Part shown: one piece after another, positions 1 through 13,259 of the stretch
Position numbering within the stretch: the first letter of the stretch is position 1
Layout of the letters: each line of letters starts with the position of its first letter
Source: Selaginella moellendorffii
Lineage: Eukaryota; Plantae; Lycopodiophyta
Length of the DNA: 64,000 bases
NCBI RefSeq assembly: GCF_000143415.4
Contig: NW_003314313.1
Span: forward strand, 1,205,430 to 1,269,429
Reading direction: 5' to 3'
Translations under genes and position numbers: made by a program
The notes under the pieces: model-generated
Told to the model about the DNA's origin: nothing
The model's input: only the letters and a program-made list of their open reading frames with translations
Database searches by the model: none

Positions 1-55
1 TAGTTGCCCAATCTCATTGGATAGTACTCGCCGAGACTCATTCTCTGATACCAAA

Positions 56-1206
56 TGTAGCGCACGTGGTTTTGACCCTTTATCCTATGGTGATTTACCA
101 TAGGATAACACCACGAAGCGGAACCTAAACCCTCTTTGTGCCACGTGACAGATGCCACGTGTCACATGCCACGTGTCCATGCCACGTGTCCACAGGAACC
201 CGAGGTTCAGGGCCTTGGGCCACTGAACGAAGGAACGGTGCCAAACTCCCAAGCGTGACGCCAAGGAGTGATGGAACCGGACCACGGAGCAACTCCCGAG
301 CATATAGCCCAAGGAGCGAAGGGACAGGGGCCCGGAGCGACTTGGAACAGTCCTAGAGCAACCAGCATCCCAATGCCAGGACCAGCACGCAAAACGGAGC
401 CAAACGGAGTCTGGCGCTATTTCGGCATACCGGTGGCCTAACGTGAGAGTATGGGTACTCCACCAGCTAGCATGGAATGGAACTTGGGCTTAGACCCAAG
501 CCGGACGCAGAACAAGGACAGGCACGCAAGCGGGAGCTAGACTATGCCTCAGGTTGGTCGGCCATGCCCGACCTACCCACTATCCCTACTATACATTAGG
601 AACCCCCCACAGCCCCCCCCCCCTTGAGGAACACACGCTTTGGGCTTTCACCCCAAGCCTCCCTTAGTATCAGGAGTTAGTCTCTGGGACAAACTCAAAA
701 CTTACTAAATATGGAATGTCCTTAGATTGTGAATTTGGACACGGGACGAACACCATTGTGTTCAGGCCGATCTCTACATTCCGTAGATATGCCAAATGAG
801 CAAATCTGGACACTTTCCATAAATAGCATTTGGGACCAAAATGAGACTAACACAAAGGGCATGATAGCGAGGGTGTTTGGCAGACACGGTAAGCTATCAT
901 CTAGCGAATATTGAGGGACCAATCTCAATATCGCGGGGGTTCCTAACACTAGCAAGTGCAAGCCAACATCATGAGTTTCTCATCACCGTGTCAAGTCTGC
1001 TTGACTAAATGACAACTTAGGATTTCCTTCCTTAGTGCCCTTCCGGTCTAAGTGCACATGTGATGACCAGTTTCTCAACTAGCTTAGGTGGAAACTGATA
1101 ACGGGTCCAGCAATACCGACCTCCTGCCATCGTGGCAGTAAGGTAAGAGTGTCCGTAAGGACTAGCCGATAGGTAACTTTCGATACCCGAAGTCACATGC
1201 GCGACA
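56..1206 (-). mobile_element. 5' LTR of an LTR retrotransposon (family 'D'); element continues left beyond the window; inserted into LARD-B copy 1
   Basis: Minus strand begins TGTCGCGCA and ends TGCGCTACA (8/9 inverted termini), followed by PBS TGGTATCAGAG (43-53). Shares a poly-C core motif (580-655) with LTR-B/C. LARD-B internal sequence starts at 1207. Confidence 0.7.
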
Positions 1207-4200
1207 TCCACGAGCCTACCTCTATGACACTTCTTCTTTGTGTCTAAGTCTTTGCCAAGACCAATACCACTCTTTCTCATGCCAACCATCCGTTAGCACT
1301 GCACTATAGAGGTCACACACAACTTTGTTTCAAAGTTGTTTTCTTTTGGGAACACCCTTCCCACGACTTTAGCATGGCACATTTTGCCATCGATGAGATA
1401 CCCTCTGTTCTCATCCTTGGATCCTATGATCCCCCCCATCCTTCGTGGGGTACCACACACTTCAGTCCAAATGCTTCTATCAGTCCTTTAGGACCATTCC
1501 TTGACTCTACTTGAGTTATCTAGCAGTTTTGGACTTGGTTAATCCATAGACCCGTAAGGTCCTACTTGTCGGGCACTAACTCATTGGAATACACTTCTTG
1601 CATTCATGTCCTCACTCATAAGGACTATTTTCACAAGTGTTACTTCGACACTTGATTTTGTTCTCTAGGGCAACCTTTGCCCCTTAGGACTACTTGTCCA
1701 TGTGATGAGAATACCAACTCATCTCTAAGTACACCCCCCAACTCCTTGTGTTGTTCCAGTATTTATTAAAGGTAGCCCCGGCTACCATTTCAAGGACTTG
1801 AGTCCTCTTCCGTATTTGACCTCCCACAGTCATTACTTCTGGTCTCACATTCATGAGCACCAACCTCAACTATATGAGGATAATCTTGTGACTCCTTTAT
1901 TGCTTTGGAAGCTCTATTTCGTTAAAGTGGGATTTATTCAGTAAAATGGGACTAGGTACAAATTTTCAAGTATTTGAAAATGACATGAAATTATATGTTT
2001 TTTGTCCAGGGGCTAGACATATCTGGGGCATGGTGACTAGCGTGGTGACTTTGTGTCCAGACTGAGTCCATCTGGTTGTATAATAAATCTCATTGTCAAG
2101 GTAAACAAGCCGAATCTGAAGCTAAAGAAAAGCGATGGCATGCGCGCACACACTATTTGTTTGTTCATTGAGCGTGTGGTGAGCTTTCCAAGATGAACGT
2201 CATTCCTATTAGCCAGACATATAACTTAATGGTGAGAACATTTAGATATTATTCAATGTTATCTTTTTCTAACGAATCTAATTGTGAAGGTGTAGCAAGA
2301 GGCATTGCTAGTCTGGAGAAGTCATTTAACTCATTTGACCCTTAGTGTATTTTCATGAAACTAAATAACATTCATATTATTAAGGAATTTCTCTAGTACC
2401 TTTTTTTTACGACATAGAGGCTTGCATTTCTTTCAAAGGTGATTTAGTAAAAGGCCTGAGGGCACATGCCATTCTATTTCTCAGACCGGTATTAAGATAT
2501 ACTAGTGCAAAGGGCCACATGCCATCACGCCTCCTCTGATTCAGATTCAGATTGTTCACCTTGAAATAAAATACATTAGAAACTTAGTAAAGGAATATTA
2601 ATGAATCTCACCTTGAACCCGGGTTATGAATGCTCTTGCTGCATCTCTTGCATGGTCTGGCAAGGTGATGGTGGCACTCTACTTCCGCATCCAACCATGC
2701 ACAACATTATCCACCGATATGCTCATGCTGGGATCCCTTGGATTCAGCACCCATCTCTTTTCTAGGCAATCCTTCGTATATCCGGAACTTGGCTTGAACC
2801 ACTCCACAGTTACATGGAAGGAGTTAGTTTCCGCGTCCTCCTCTGCATCAGTGATGCAGCACCCCACCCATATCATTTGTTTTTTATTACTGGGTCTGAC
2901 AAGCATGACCATTCCTTTGCAGACCTGTACTGGATTGAATGCTGAATCCGGCTTCTTGTTCCTCAACCCACAATAGTGATCCTCAACATCGTTATCTGTC
3001 ACTGCATTTCCAGAGGACATTGTTCCGCTACTATCTGGTGCTCTGGGTTCTGGCCAAAAGGACTCTTCCAATTCTTCATATACAACCGGCCCATTTTGGA
3101 TAGCAGATATAATCTTCTCCCAGTATTCGAGCAAAGGATTGCACCTCTTAAAATAGGATTCTCCACCAAACACCAACCCCCTCTTCCAGAAGGCAATATG
3201 CTGTCTAATCCCGGCCACTATACTTTCCTGGTCTTTGAGTCCATCCGGGTGCATCGGCCGTGGGGAACCCTGAGGAATCATAGGTTCCCCAGTTATGGGA
3301 TCTCTCTTGAAGAGTTCAATGCCATCCACTGGCAGCCACACTGTGTCCCATTCTCTCATCTTTATCTTTCCTGTGAGTCTTTATCTTTCCCGTGATCCCA
3401 ACTATAGCGTGTTGCGTCCCACTACGTTAGCCCGTTTGTTGCGTCAAACACTCATTTGGATCACATCCTCAGCTCTTTGAGGAAACCTTATACTGTTCCC
3501 AAGATCCCAAAGTTGTTCCATTATTGGCCCTTTTCTATCCACCACATTGTGCCCAAGTTCACACATGAACTTGAGTGGAGAGCCATGTCCTCTCGACATA
3601 TTACTCCTCAAGGATAAGCCCACTCCTAGGACCTTCCGATGCCAACATCAATGGTGATATAATTGAGCACCAATAAAAGTCGGACTAAGGAATAGATCTG
3701 ATACCAAATTGTAAGCGACTAAATTTTCCATTCTACTTTAGTCACTTAACCATACCTCCGACCACTTGGAGGAGTCTCATTCACAACCTCCATAAGTCCA
3801 ATTCAGGACTTGGGGCTTGCTAGCCCTGAGAATGGCATCCATGCCACTCAACATTTGCACTTGGTCCAAGTGCTCCACATATCCGATCCCATCACTGACA
3901 CTCAAAGGTACCACTGACATGGCAGCTTGTCACGCTAAGGCCATGCCCAATCACCTTTGCCACACTGGTAGTCCAATACCACATGCATCCCAGTCTTGGC
4001 TCTCCAAGACTAAGCAAACCATCCGTGAGTGGTCATCTCAGATCCACTCCTTAGCATCCTTAGGATGCCCACCAACAAGGGGAATAGCCTTCCCCAATAT
4101 CCCTCTATCAGTCCCCGCTAAGTCCCTTTCTGCCCCTGGCCGTGTTTGCCAACACTGCCACTAGATCGAGGCCCATAGGCCCGACCACTAAGTCCCATGG

Positions 4201-5286
4201 TCTTCTGGGACTTCCTCACCATATGACTATGTCCTTGGTCACACCCCAGAGGACTGCTCCTCTTCCTTTCCACAGTCTGGGCCTTTGGGGACAACATTTC
4301 GGAACACTGTGGCCTTACGCGAGCCACCTGGGTACTCTCCCCGCCTTCCGCCCTTGGGTGCTCTAGCCATGGGCTTAGAGCAAGGTTCCATTGAGCCACG
4401 CCTGGTATCCAAGTAGGTAGTGCCACCCACACTTGGACTGGGAGCATCGGCCAGACGATCTCCCGGGGGAACTAGAGCCGGCTCTTGAACACTTCACCAA
4501 GCTACCCCGCTTGTCAGTCCGTGTTTACTCTAGTCTTGGACTTCCCAGTGGTCAACTCATCACCCAACACTGGGTCTGGCCTTCCTGGGCCAAATTGGCC
4601 TTTCCTGGCCAAACTGGCTCCACTGGGCTCCAACCCCCACACTCTCCCTACTATACTTTTGGAAGGAACGATCGCTTTGGGCTTTTACCCAACTGCCTGT
4701 ATTAGTATTCGGACTCAGACACGGACTCGGACTCGGACTCAGACTCGGACTCGGTCTCGGTCCCGGATTTGGACTCGGACTCGGTCTCAGTCTCGGTTCC
4801 ATCTCGGACTCCATCTCGGTTCCATCTCGGACTCCATCTCGGACTCCATCTGGGACTCCACTTCGGGTCCATCTCGGATCCATCTCAGACTCCATATCGG
4901 ACTCCATCTCAGACTCCACTTCGGGTCCATCTCAGATCCATCTTGGACTCCATCTCGGACTCCATATCGGACTCCATCTCGGACTCCACTTCGGGTCCAT
5001 CTCGGACTCCATCTCGGACTCCATTTTGGGTCCATCTCGGATCCATCTCGAACACTTCCACGTGTCATGTGTTGGTCCTTTTTGGGTCCCTTTTTGGAGC
5101 CTTTCTTATTGCTCGCTTTGTGCTTATTCCTTGAGCACTTTGTTGGGAGTTCCACTCCCGCTCTCGACCTTCCAAGTTAGAGCTTTTAGTCCAAACATGT
5201 TACACTCGTTTGGCTTTCGCTTCAGCCACTACCACGTGGCACCCTTTCCGGCTCCACTTTGGGGCCTAGGGATTTTGTGTCTCACA
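1207..5286 (-). mobile_element. Non-coding LARD-like LTR element, family B, copy 1 (5' LTR 3710-5286, PBS, partial internal region)
   Basis: LTR TGTGAGACAC...GTCGCTTACA; PBS TGGTATCAGA at ~3697-3706; internal region matches the reverse complement of ~59120-60140; no long ORF. Confidence 0.85.
1909..3362 (-). mobile_element. Truncated copy of the Sola-like DNA transposon (one TIR plus 3' end of transposase)
   Basis: TIR AAGCTCTATTTCGTTAAAGTGGGA at 1909; near-identical to 36937-38387; ORF 2679-3359 matches the transposase C-terminus. Confidence 0.9.
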
Positions 5287-5571
5287 GACTCATGCAGTCA
5301 CTGCCACAAAGCCTCAAAGAAAACACACCTTTCTAGTCATAGCGTCTGCCTAACACCCCGTGCGCTCAGACTCTGCTCCACAGCTCTAAGGAATCAATCT
5401 CCCTCCACCCCCACCTCGCAAGAACCCTCCCTCAAGATGTCCTGCCACATCAGCCTGTTTGCCACGTAAGCTGTTTGCCAAGAAGCGCTGCCCGTTATGT
5501 GGATTCAGTTAGGGCTTTGCTAACTGGTCACTGATTTGAACAGGACACCTTAGCCTGCTACAAAGTTTTTC

Positions 5572-5989
5572 ATCGCCGGGTACGTACAACTGACACAAGC
5601 ATTGTGGACGTAACGCATGCATCATGTCATGCCGCGTTTACAAGTTATCCTGCGTTGAAAGTACGTCACCCGCCGGACGAACGCTAATGTCTTCGGCAAT
5701 CTGCCAAAGTCATTCTCCGCGACTACCACTGCTGCCGAGTACTGCACTCTAGCTTTGCTACGTTCGCATCCTCGCGAGCCAATGCCGCCACGCACTTTGC
5801 ATGGCCGCTACTCGGACTTGCACCATGTGACAGAGCCAGAATATAAGTAGAGCCGGCACTGAGCTAGGGTTAGGGTAGATGCTAGATGACTACACCAATT
5901 ATGCCGTCTCGACAACGGCACATGGAGAATGTGGATTGCAGAAAGTGGTGCCGCGATCTCGCCGGATTGCGCCCCGCTAGATAAGAGAA
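5572..5989 (+). mobile_element. 3'-terminal fragment of the Penelope-like element, ribozyme deleted
   Basis: Direct repeat of ~12884-13416, ending at the same AGATAAGAGAA terminus; lacks ~110 bp spanning the hammerhead core. Confidence 0.75.
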
Positions 5990-6056
5990 CAGAGTCTCGG
6001 GCGTACCAGCACCAGGAGGTTGACACCCCAGAGCGAGTGCAAAAGCCCAGTCGAGA

Positions 6057-6845
6057 GTGGGGAAGACTCGGGGCTGCGGAAAGGTGGTAGAAGCACTGCA
6101 CTCCTTGGACGGGAACAGTGATGTTAACAAGGAGTACACCTCACATAACGTGAATGGGGGAACACCTGGTCAGGCCGAAGTGCACAAGGTGGCAGCAGCA
6201 GGGGAAGGTGGAAGTGACTTGGTCCACGACGACACGAGAGGAAAGGCTGTCCCTGTAAATCTGGCTGAGACCCTGCAAAGAGCAGTAGCAGAGAAGGAAG
6301 AGGAACTCCGCAAGAAGGCACTGATCGCTGTTTTCGGGGGGAAGTTCCCAACAGGTCGCATGGCTAACGATTGGATCAATGCAATGCTGGGCCAGGGAAT
6401 CCTCATGAAGAAGATGCTGCCGCATGGGAAGGGCTGCTACATAGTTGTCTTTGAGACAGAGGAGGCACGATCTCAGGCAGAGGCCATGCATGGCCTCATT
6501 GACGAGAATTGGGCGGTGTCATTCCACCCATGGATCCCAAGGTTCATGGCAAAGGACCAGGCTCGTCTCAATGGCGGAAGCTTTCCAGTGAACATCGCAT
6601 TGTTGGATGTTCCCATGGAAATGCGGATCACACTAGTGATACAGGAGCTGGTCGAAGGAAGTATCGGCCAGATAGCGGCCAGCCTCGACACTATAGAAGT
6701 AGAGGGTGTTCTAGGTCCCATCCGCCTCAAAGTTTTTGTGTCAGCCCCGGCTGAAATCCCGACAGAGATCGTAGTGCTGGGCCAGTATATCAGGATCCAA
6801 ATGGAGAGCTCAGAACGTAGATGCAACTTTTGTCAACGTGCTTGA
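6057..6845 (+). pseudogene. LINE ORF1 (RRM/DUF4283-like plus zinc knuckle), partial
   Basis: GKGCYIVVFETEEAR, VSFHPWIPRF, RCNFCQRA*H..EAC motifs; in-frame stops on both sides. Confidence 0.75.
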
Positions 6846-7547
6846 CATCGGGAGGAGGCCTGCTCAGTCAAGTGGAACAAGTTGGCATCCTAGAAGCCGT
6901 TTGAGGTCCCTGCAGAGTAGGAGTGGATCTTGAAGGCACGCCCTCCAGACCAAGCTCCCCACATTCACTTCCCGGTCACCCCACCACTCTTGGGCTCATC
7001 CTTACAGCCCAAATTATTCGAGGGACCTATTACGGACGTCGAAGGAGATGGCTTCCAGCCGGTCCTCCCTCGAACAGTAGGAATGGCGGTCAGGTGGATT
7101 CCTCCTAAGCGGGAATTAAGTCCCACAGAGGCAGGAGACTGGCTGATGTGCCCCGAGAACACAGCCTTCCTAAAGGTCTTCACCATTGGAGACTACCAAA
7201 CACGGAGAGTGCTATCACTAAGTGGACGGGCTTTGCAAAATACACTGTCCGAGGCTTCTCCTGGACAAAGCACAGGGGGAAGATGACAAAGCACAGGTGT
7301 GGACCATCTCCACAGAATGGAGGGCGAGACCCCGTAACTCCTCACTTTCTTGGAAGTACGTGGCTCCATGACAACACTCATGCTCGTCACCTGGAACTGC
7401 TAGGGACTCAGTTGGACCGGTAGTCGCCTCAACAAAAGGGCGCAGCTCAAGTCCCACATCCGGGAGATCAGCTTAGAAAGAGATATCGACATCCTAAGAG
7501 CACAAAATGATCGTGGCCCCAGACTACACCTTTGGAATGAGGGGACA

Positions 7548-7788
7548 GCTCTGGTGAAACCCGGCCATGCAAGCAGTGGCCAGACCAGGAAAGGGCACAG
7601 TAGTGGTAGTCTCAACCAAATGGTCTGCTCTGGTGGAACCCAGCCACGCAAGCAGTGGCCAGACCAGGAGGGGGCACAGTAGTGGTAGTCTCAACCAAAT
7701 GGTCTGCTCTGGTGGAACCCAGCCACGCAAGCAGTGGCCAGACCAGGAGGGGGCACAACAGTGGTAGTCTCAACCAAATGGTCTGCTC
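7548..7788 (+). repeat. 79-bp tandem triplication inside the LINE endonuclease
   Basis: Three copies of GCTCTGGTGRAACCC...CAACCAAATGGTCT starting at 7548, 7627 and 7706. Confidence 0.92.
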
Positions 7789-10700
7789 AGGTACGAAACC
7801 ACCTTGTCCTGGTCCCAGGAAAGGCTCAGCTGCTTGTCCTTCACCTCCACTTTGGATGGGTGGGGATAATCAATGTCTATGCACCAACGAAGAAAAGGAG
7901 ACGTGCAGAATTCTAGCTGAGTGTGTTACAGTCTGCCTAGGGGCAAGCAGATGAATGGCTAGTCCTGGGAGACTTCAACATGGTTGAGGACATCTGTGAT
8001 CGCAGGGGTAAGCAGGAAACAATTCAGCCACGTGAGCAGGAGCAGTGGAGTCAGCTCATGGACATACTGGGGCTCATGGACCTTCAGCATGCTGCGGGAT
8101 TTGCACCTCACACTCACCCTTTTACAAGGCAATAGACAGTATCCTCCCAGTCGAGACTGCACCGGATTTACGCCTCATCTCGCATACGGTAGGATGGGGG
8201 AAGCCTTAAAACTTGGCTTGGGTTTGCCTCCTCAAATCACAACCCCCTCAGATGTGTGATCCAGCTCCAAAGGGACAAAGGGACAACGGTCCAGCAATCA
8301 ATCACTAGAGCCACGCTTTGAGACCCGGTGGCGATTGGGCTTATACACGACGCTCTTGCGCAGAACAAGCTGGGGCTGATCCCAGTGCTCTTGTCTTGCT
8401 CACAGAAGCTCCAGGTGCGCCAGAAGGATCTCAAAGGAGCAGTGATGAAGGACCTTAGAGTGGCGAGGAAGAAGGTGGCAGCAGCACATAGGATGTTGCT
8501 GAACACGCAAAATGAGTTCAAGTGGCAAATAGTACTGGATGAACGCAAAGCCGAGCTACGTGACTTAGAGTACACTGCATGGAGCAAAGGTGTCCAGGCC
8601 ATGGAAGATGGATGGGCCCTAAATGAACGCCTTCTCAACAAGGCTTTCTTTAGGGGAATCAGGCCAGTGACAGACTCGCCTCCCATTCTAGGACTGAAGC
8701 ACAGTGACGGGCGGGTTATCGAGGACCAACAGGGGATGCAACAGCTCGCCCATGAGTTTTACCAACTTCTATATACGGCCTAGCAGTGGACTCCAGAGAG
8801 GGAAAAGGCAGCGGGTGGAAGTGCTTGCGTCCCTTCCCCAGCGAGTCTCCCATGAGTGGCACGACTCACTGAAGACAGACTTCACACTGGAGGAGCTTCG
8901 GGAAGCGCTCGGGAAGCTCAGCAACGACAAGCAGCCAGGTATCGACGGCCTCTTGCCCATTTTCTTTGAGGAGCACTAGGAGACCATAGGCCCGCTGCTG
9001 CTACAAGCATGGTGGGATGCTCAACGTGATGGGATCTTGCCTCGGGAGATCCTCAAGGGCCAGATTGCGTTTATCCCAAAGAGGGGCGACCTGCAGGAGC
9101 TGAGGAATTGGAGGCCAATCACTATGCTCAACAAGTCCTACAAGGTCTACGCCAAAGCAATGACCCTCAAGCTCCAAGCTGTCATGCCGTTGATCATCCG
9201 GGAGCAGCAGACAGGGTTTGTTCCAAGGCGGCAAATTGCAGAAAACATCTGGACGTACCTGCTGGCTTAGAGATGGGCAAAAATCTCTTACCAACAAATT
9301 GCAGCATGGCTATTGGACTTTGAGAAGGCCTATGATCGGGTGGACTGGAGGTTCCTGGAGGAGTGCATGCATACAATCAGCATCCTAAGAGAGATGGTCG
9401 CTAGGATCTCATTACTGTACCGAGGAGCCGCAAGCAGAGTCACAATCAATGGCGAGATGGGACCGAGTTTCCAGTTGGGACATTCGGTACGCCAAGGGTG
9501 TCCACTAGCACCCTATCTTTTTCTGATTGTGGTTGAGGCGCATGTTTCTAGCGAAAGGCGGACGCATTAAAGGACTCACACTGCCGGCTGCGAGACAGCA
9601 ACTTCTGGGAACCACAAGGGTGTCTCAGGAGCTCCTTGATGGAGCTTTTGCAGACGACACTGCCTTGTTCCTACTCGTGACTAAGGAGAACATGGATGCA
9701 GCTAAGACGGCATTGAAGACGTTCAACCTTGCGGCTGGTGCAGCAATTAATTGGAACAAATTAGTGGGCATAAATTGGGGGCGACCAGGCATCGAATCTT
9801 GGGGGTAGGACATCGGCTTCTAGTGGCTCAAACCAAGAGAAGACACTAGGTACTTGGGGATCCAGGTTGGTACTTGGTTCAGTGCAGCACTTCAGGATGA
9901 CACCTTGCTCCGACGTGTACGAACATCAATCCAGATGTGGGCTCCTCAGAAACTCGGCTTGCTAGCGAGAGTGGTAGTCGCTAGGAGCATCATTTTGCCC
10001 AGCATCTGGCTTGTCCCAGAACACACGCTTAGAAAGGTACGCACGATGGTCTGTCAATATTTGTGGCAGGGCCCATTGGTCATAGGGAGGAGCATGGCCA
10101 AGGTCGCTTGGCAATCTACAGCACATCCGCAAGTCTTGGGAGGACTTGGAGTAATCGATCCAAGCGACATGGTGAAGCGCTACAGTAGAAAATCCTCCTC
10201 ATGGGCCTTCAACGAGGTAATCAACCTTGGAGACTCATGTTTAGGCAGAACTTGTTGGCAATCCGGCCCAAGCATAACATTGCAAGACAATGGGAGGAGG
10301 ATCCACGTTGGCTCTTTGCCGAGGGGCTGAAGCAAGTAGTCAAGGGCAGCACTTTGGTCCAGGGGTTTCTCAGGTTATGGAGCGCATTTCCAGTTAGTAG
10401 GGAATTGCGAGGGCGGGCGGAAGACTGGCTGAACCAACCCCTATTCTTCAACAACCTCTTCAAGCTGGATGACAGGACACTGGGTAGGGAGGACCACTAC
10501 AAAATCTGGAGAAAGCTACATAGCGTAGGCTTCCGAACTCTCAAGCAACTGGTGCGGGTTTTGGACAAGGATAGGAGGAAAACTACGAGGCATATGCAGG
10601 TCTTTAACCTGGGACGGTGGAGGAAAGTCCACCTTGATCTTCTTTGCATTATCAGAGCGGTGAGTGAGGCGAAGAAGGGGCTGCTTTAACCCAGGTGTTG

Positions 10701-12247
10701 TCTCAAATCTGGAGATTTTGTGGCTCTGCAACGGGACGTGGAGCTAGATAGGGAACGAGTCAGCTTGGGGGCCTGGACACAGGCATTTACGGCCCCAACA
10801 CCAGCTTAGGAGGACAAGGATGTGGAGGTATGGCTCATTGTGTCTCCAAACCAAAATGTTGGGCGTCCTTTTTGGGTCTTGAGAGGCGACATGCTGCTGC
10901 CAGCAAGGGATGAACAGGTCATGCCGATGATGACGGATGCTCTCCACTCTCTCACGACAGACACATCCATCATCATGAAGCCTGCAGACAAAATCTCGGA
11001 GTGGTGGTTCTGGATCGCGATTGGTACACGAAGGAGGCTCTCCGCCAACTGAATGACCCACTCGTTTATGTGAAGGTCCCCTCCGTGCCATCCAAATCCC
11101 TCCAGGAATGCCTCGCCGAGCTCATCACAAAGTACCGCAGCTGCTCGTGGCTCGACAACTCCACGCAGCAGTTTCTGCTGCACCAGCCCGCCGTACCCCG
11201 GTAGGCCTGCATGCTGTATTTTCTTCCAAAAATACACAAGCAGCCAATAAAGGGCTGGCCCATTGTGAGCTACATCTGGACTTTGTGGGAGCCTCTCACA
11301 CGTTGGCTTCACCACCAGCTCTACGATGTCCTGCTGAAGCAGCCAACGTTTCTTTCTGACTCGCACATGCTGCTGCAGGACTTCCTCCACCTACAGCTCC
11401 CACAGGACTGCTGGCTCTTCAAGTTCGACGTAGAAAGCCTCTACCCAAGCATCCCCACACGAGAAGGTCTCCAACGCCTTTGCGACTTTGTGTTTGCCGA
11501 GTACGGCAACACCACACGCTCGCAGTTCCTCATGGCTGCGGCTGCCCTCGTCCTGGAGCACAACTACGTGGAGTTTGAAGGTAACATCTACCAGTAGATC
11601 AGCGGCACAGCAATGGGCTCCAACTTTGCAATGGTCTACGCTTGCCTCTTCCTCTGCTCTCTTGAAGCTGAATACAAGCATGCCACCAACAACTGGCCCT
11701 TCTATCTACGAAGGTACATAGATGATGGAGTGGGCATTTGGACAGGTACACGAGCAGGCCTCGAATGATGGCTCCGACGATATGGCACGCTGTGTCCTTC
11801 AATCAAGATCACCTCAGTGATCTCGCTCGAAGAGTTGGATATCCTTGATATCCACTTCTTCAAAGGCCCTTGCTTTGAAGAGACAAGTTGCCTCAACTCG
11901 TCCACATTCCAGAAGCCGCTCAATGCCTACCAGTACCTCCCCTAGACGTTGGTTCATCTGCGGCACCAAAAAGTGGCATTCATCCACAGCGAGCTCCAGA
12001 GATACCTCCTCCGCGAGAGCATGGCTGATGGATTCCACGCCATGTGCACGCGGTTCTACCACTACCTCCATGCTCGAGGATACCCGACCTCCTTCCTCCA
12101 TCACTGCTTCTCCAGCATCTCCTATGACTAGCGACATCAAGCTCTCCTTGCACATTTGCGCCACTCTAGCGACGCCTGTCGACGGGCCCCCCTCGCCTTC
12201 AAGCTGCCTTACACACTCCACAGTGCACAGCTAGGCTTGGGGGACAT

Positions 12248-12267
12248 CCTAAACCCTAAACCCTAAA
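12248..12267 (+). repeat. Interstitial plant telomeric repeat (CCCTAAA)~3
   Basis: CCTAAACCCTAAACCCTAAA within the C-terminal part of the PLE ORF. Confidence 0.8.
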
Positions 12268-13201
12268 TAGGTGATGGATGAAGCTCCCGCAGACGCACTC
12301 CCCTGAGTGATCATGTGCTAGAGACGCTCCCCAAACCTCGGTTCGTTCCTGGTCAGAGCTAAGCTCCCTCCGCGAGCCTAGCCATGTTTTGTACCTCACT
12401 TTGCAAGACACGGAAGCATATGTTTACATCCCTCTCCACGTAACCGACAACTCCCAGGGTCTGGCTGATGGGCTCCAGGTATGTCCCAAGTCACTCCAGC
12501 CCACCTCCCTTTCGAGTCAACGCAGAGTCAACGGTCAGGATGGAATATTCCTGAATATTCCCTGACAGTGTTTTTGTTGACCGAGTCAAAAAGGCATATA
12601 CCGTTGGATTCTGCTCTTCCTTCCAATCTTGAATATGTGAGTTTCAACTCTGAACTCCACACATGATTCGTTGAAAAGCGTGTATTCCATTAAAACGGTG
12701 CCGCTCCCTCGACATCGATGACACACACCGACAGCTCGCGGGATGGCTCTCCCCCATGTAACCACTGTACTCTGGGTATGTATGAGTGACCTCCACCATC
12801 CCAGTCCACGCACGGTCAACGCGGGGTCAAAAGTCAACAACAGAATATTCCCAGAATATTCCCTGCACAGTGAACCACGTTTTTCGTTGCCAGGTACATA
12901 CAACTGACACAAGGATTGTGGACGTAACGCATGCATCATGTTATGCTGCGTTTACAAGTTATCCTGAGTCGAAAGTATGTCACCCACCGGACGAACGCTA
13001 ATGTCTTCGGCGATCCGCCGAAGTCATTCTCCGCGACTACCACTGCTGCTGAGTATTGCACTCCAGCTTTGCTATGTTCGTTCGCATCCTCGTGAGCCAA
13101 TGCCGCCACGCACTTAGCATGGCCGCCACTTGGACTCGCGCCACGTGACAAAGCCAGAATATAAGTAGAGCTGGCGCCGAGCTAGGGTTACGGTAGACGC
13201 T

Positions 13202-13259
13202 AGACAACTACACTTGGCTGATGAGTCCCAAAAAGGACGAAACCGGTCTCGAGTTGTCT
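13202..13259 (+). ncRNA. Type I hammerhead ribozyme (PLE-associated)
   Basis: AGACAAC-TACAC-TTGG-CTGATGA-GTCC-CAAAAA-GGAC-GAAA-CCG-GTC-TCGA-GTTGTCT: intact core, 4-bp stem II, minimal palindromic stem III (ACCGGT), bulged stem I; predicted cleavage after C13248. Confidence 0.9.

Noticed and set aside
5287-5571. Unassigned segment between LTR-B and the PLE fragment
   Set aside because: No homology within the window and no motif that supports a call.
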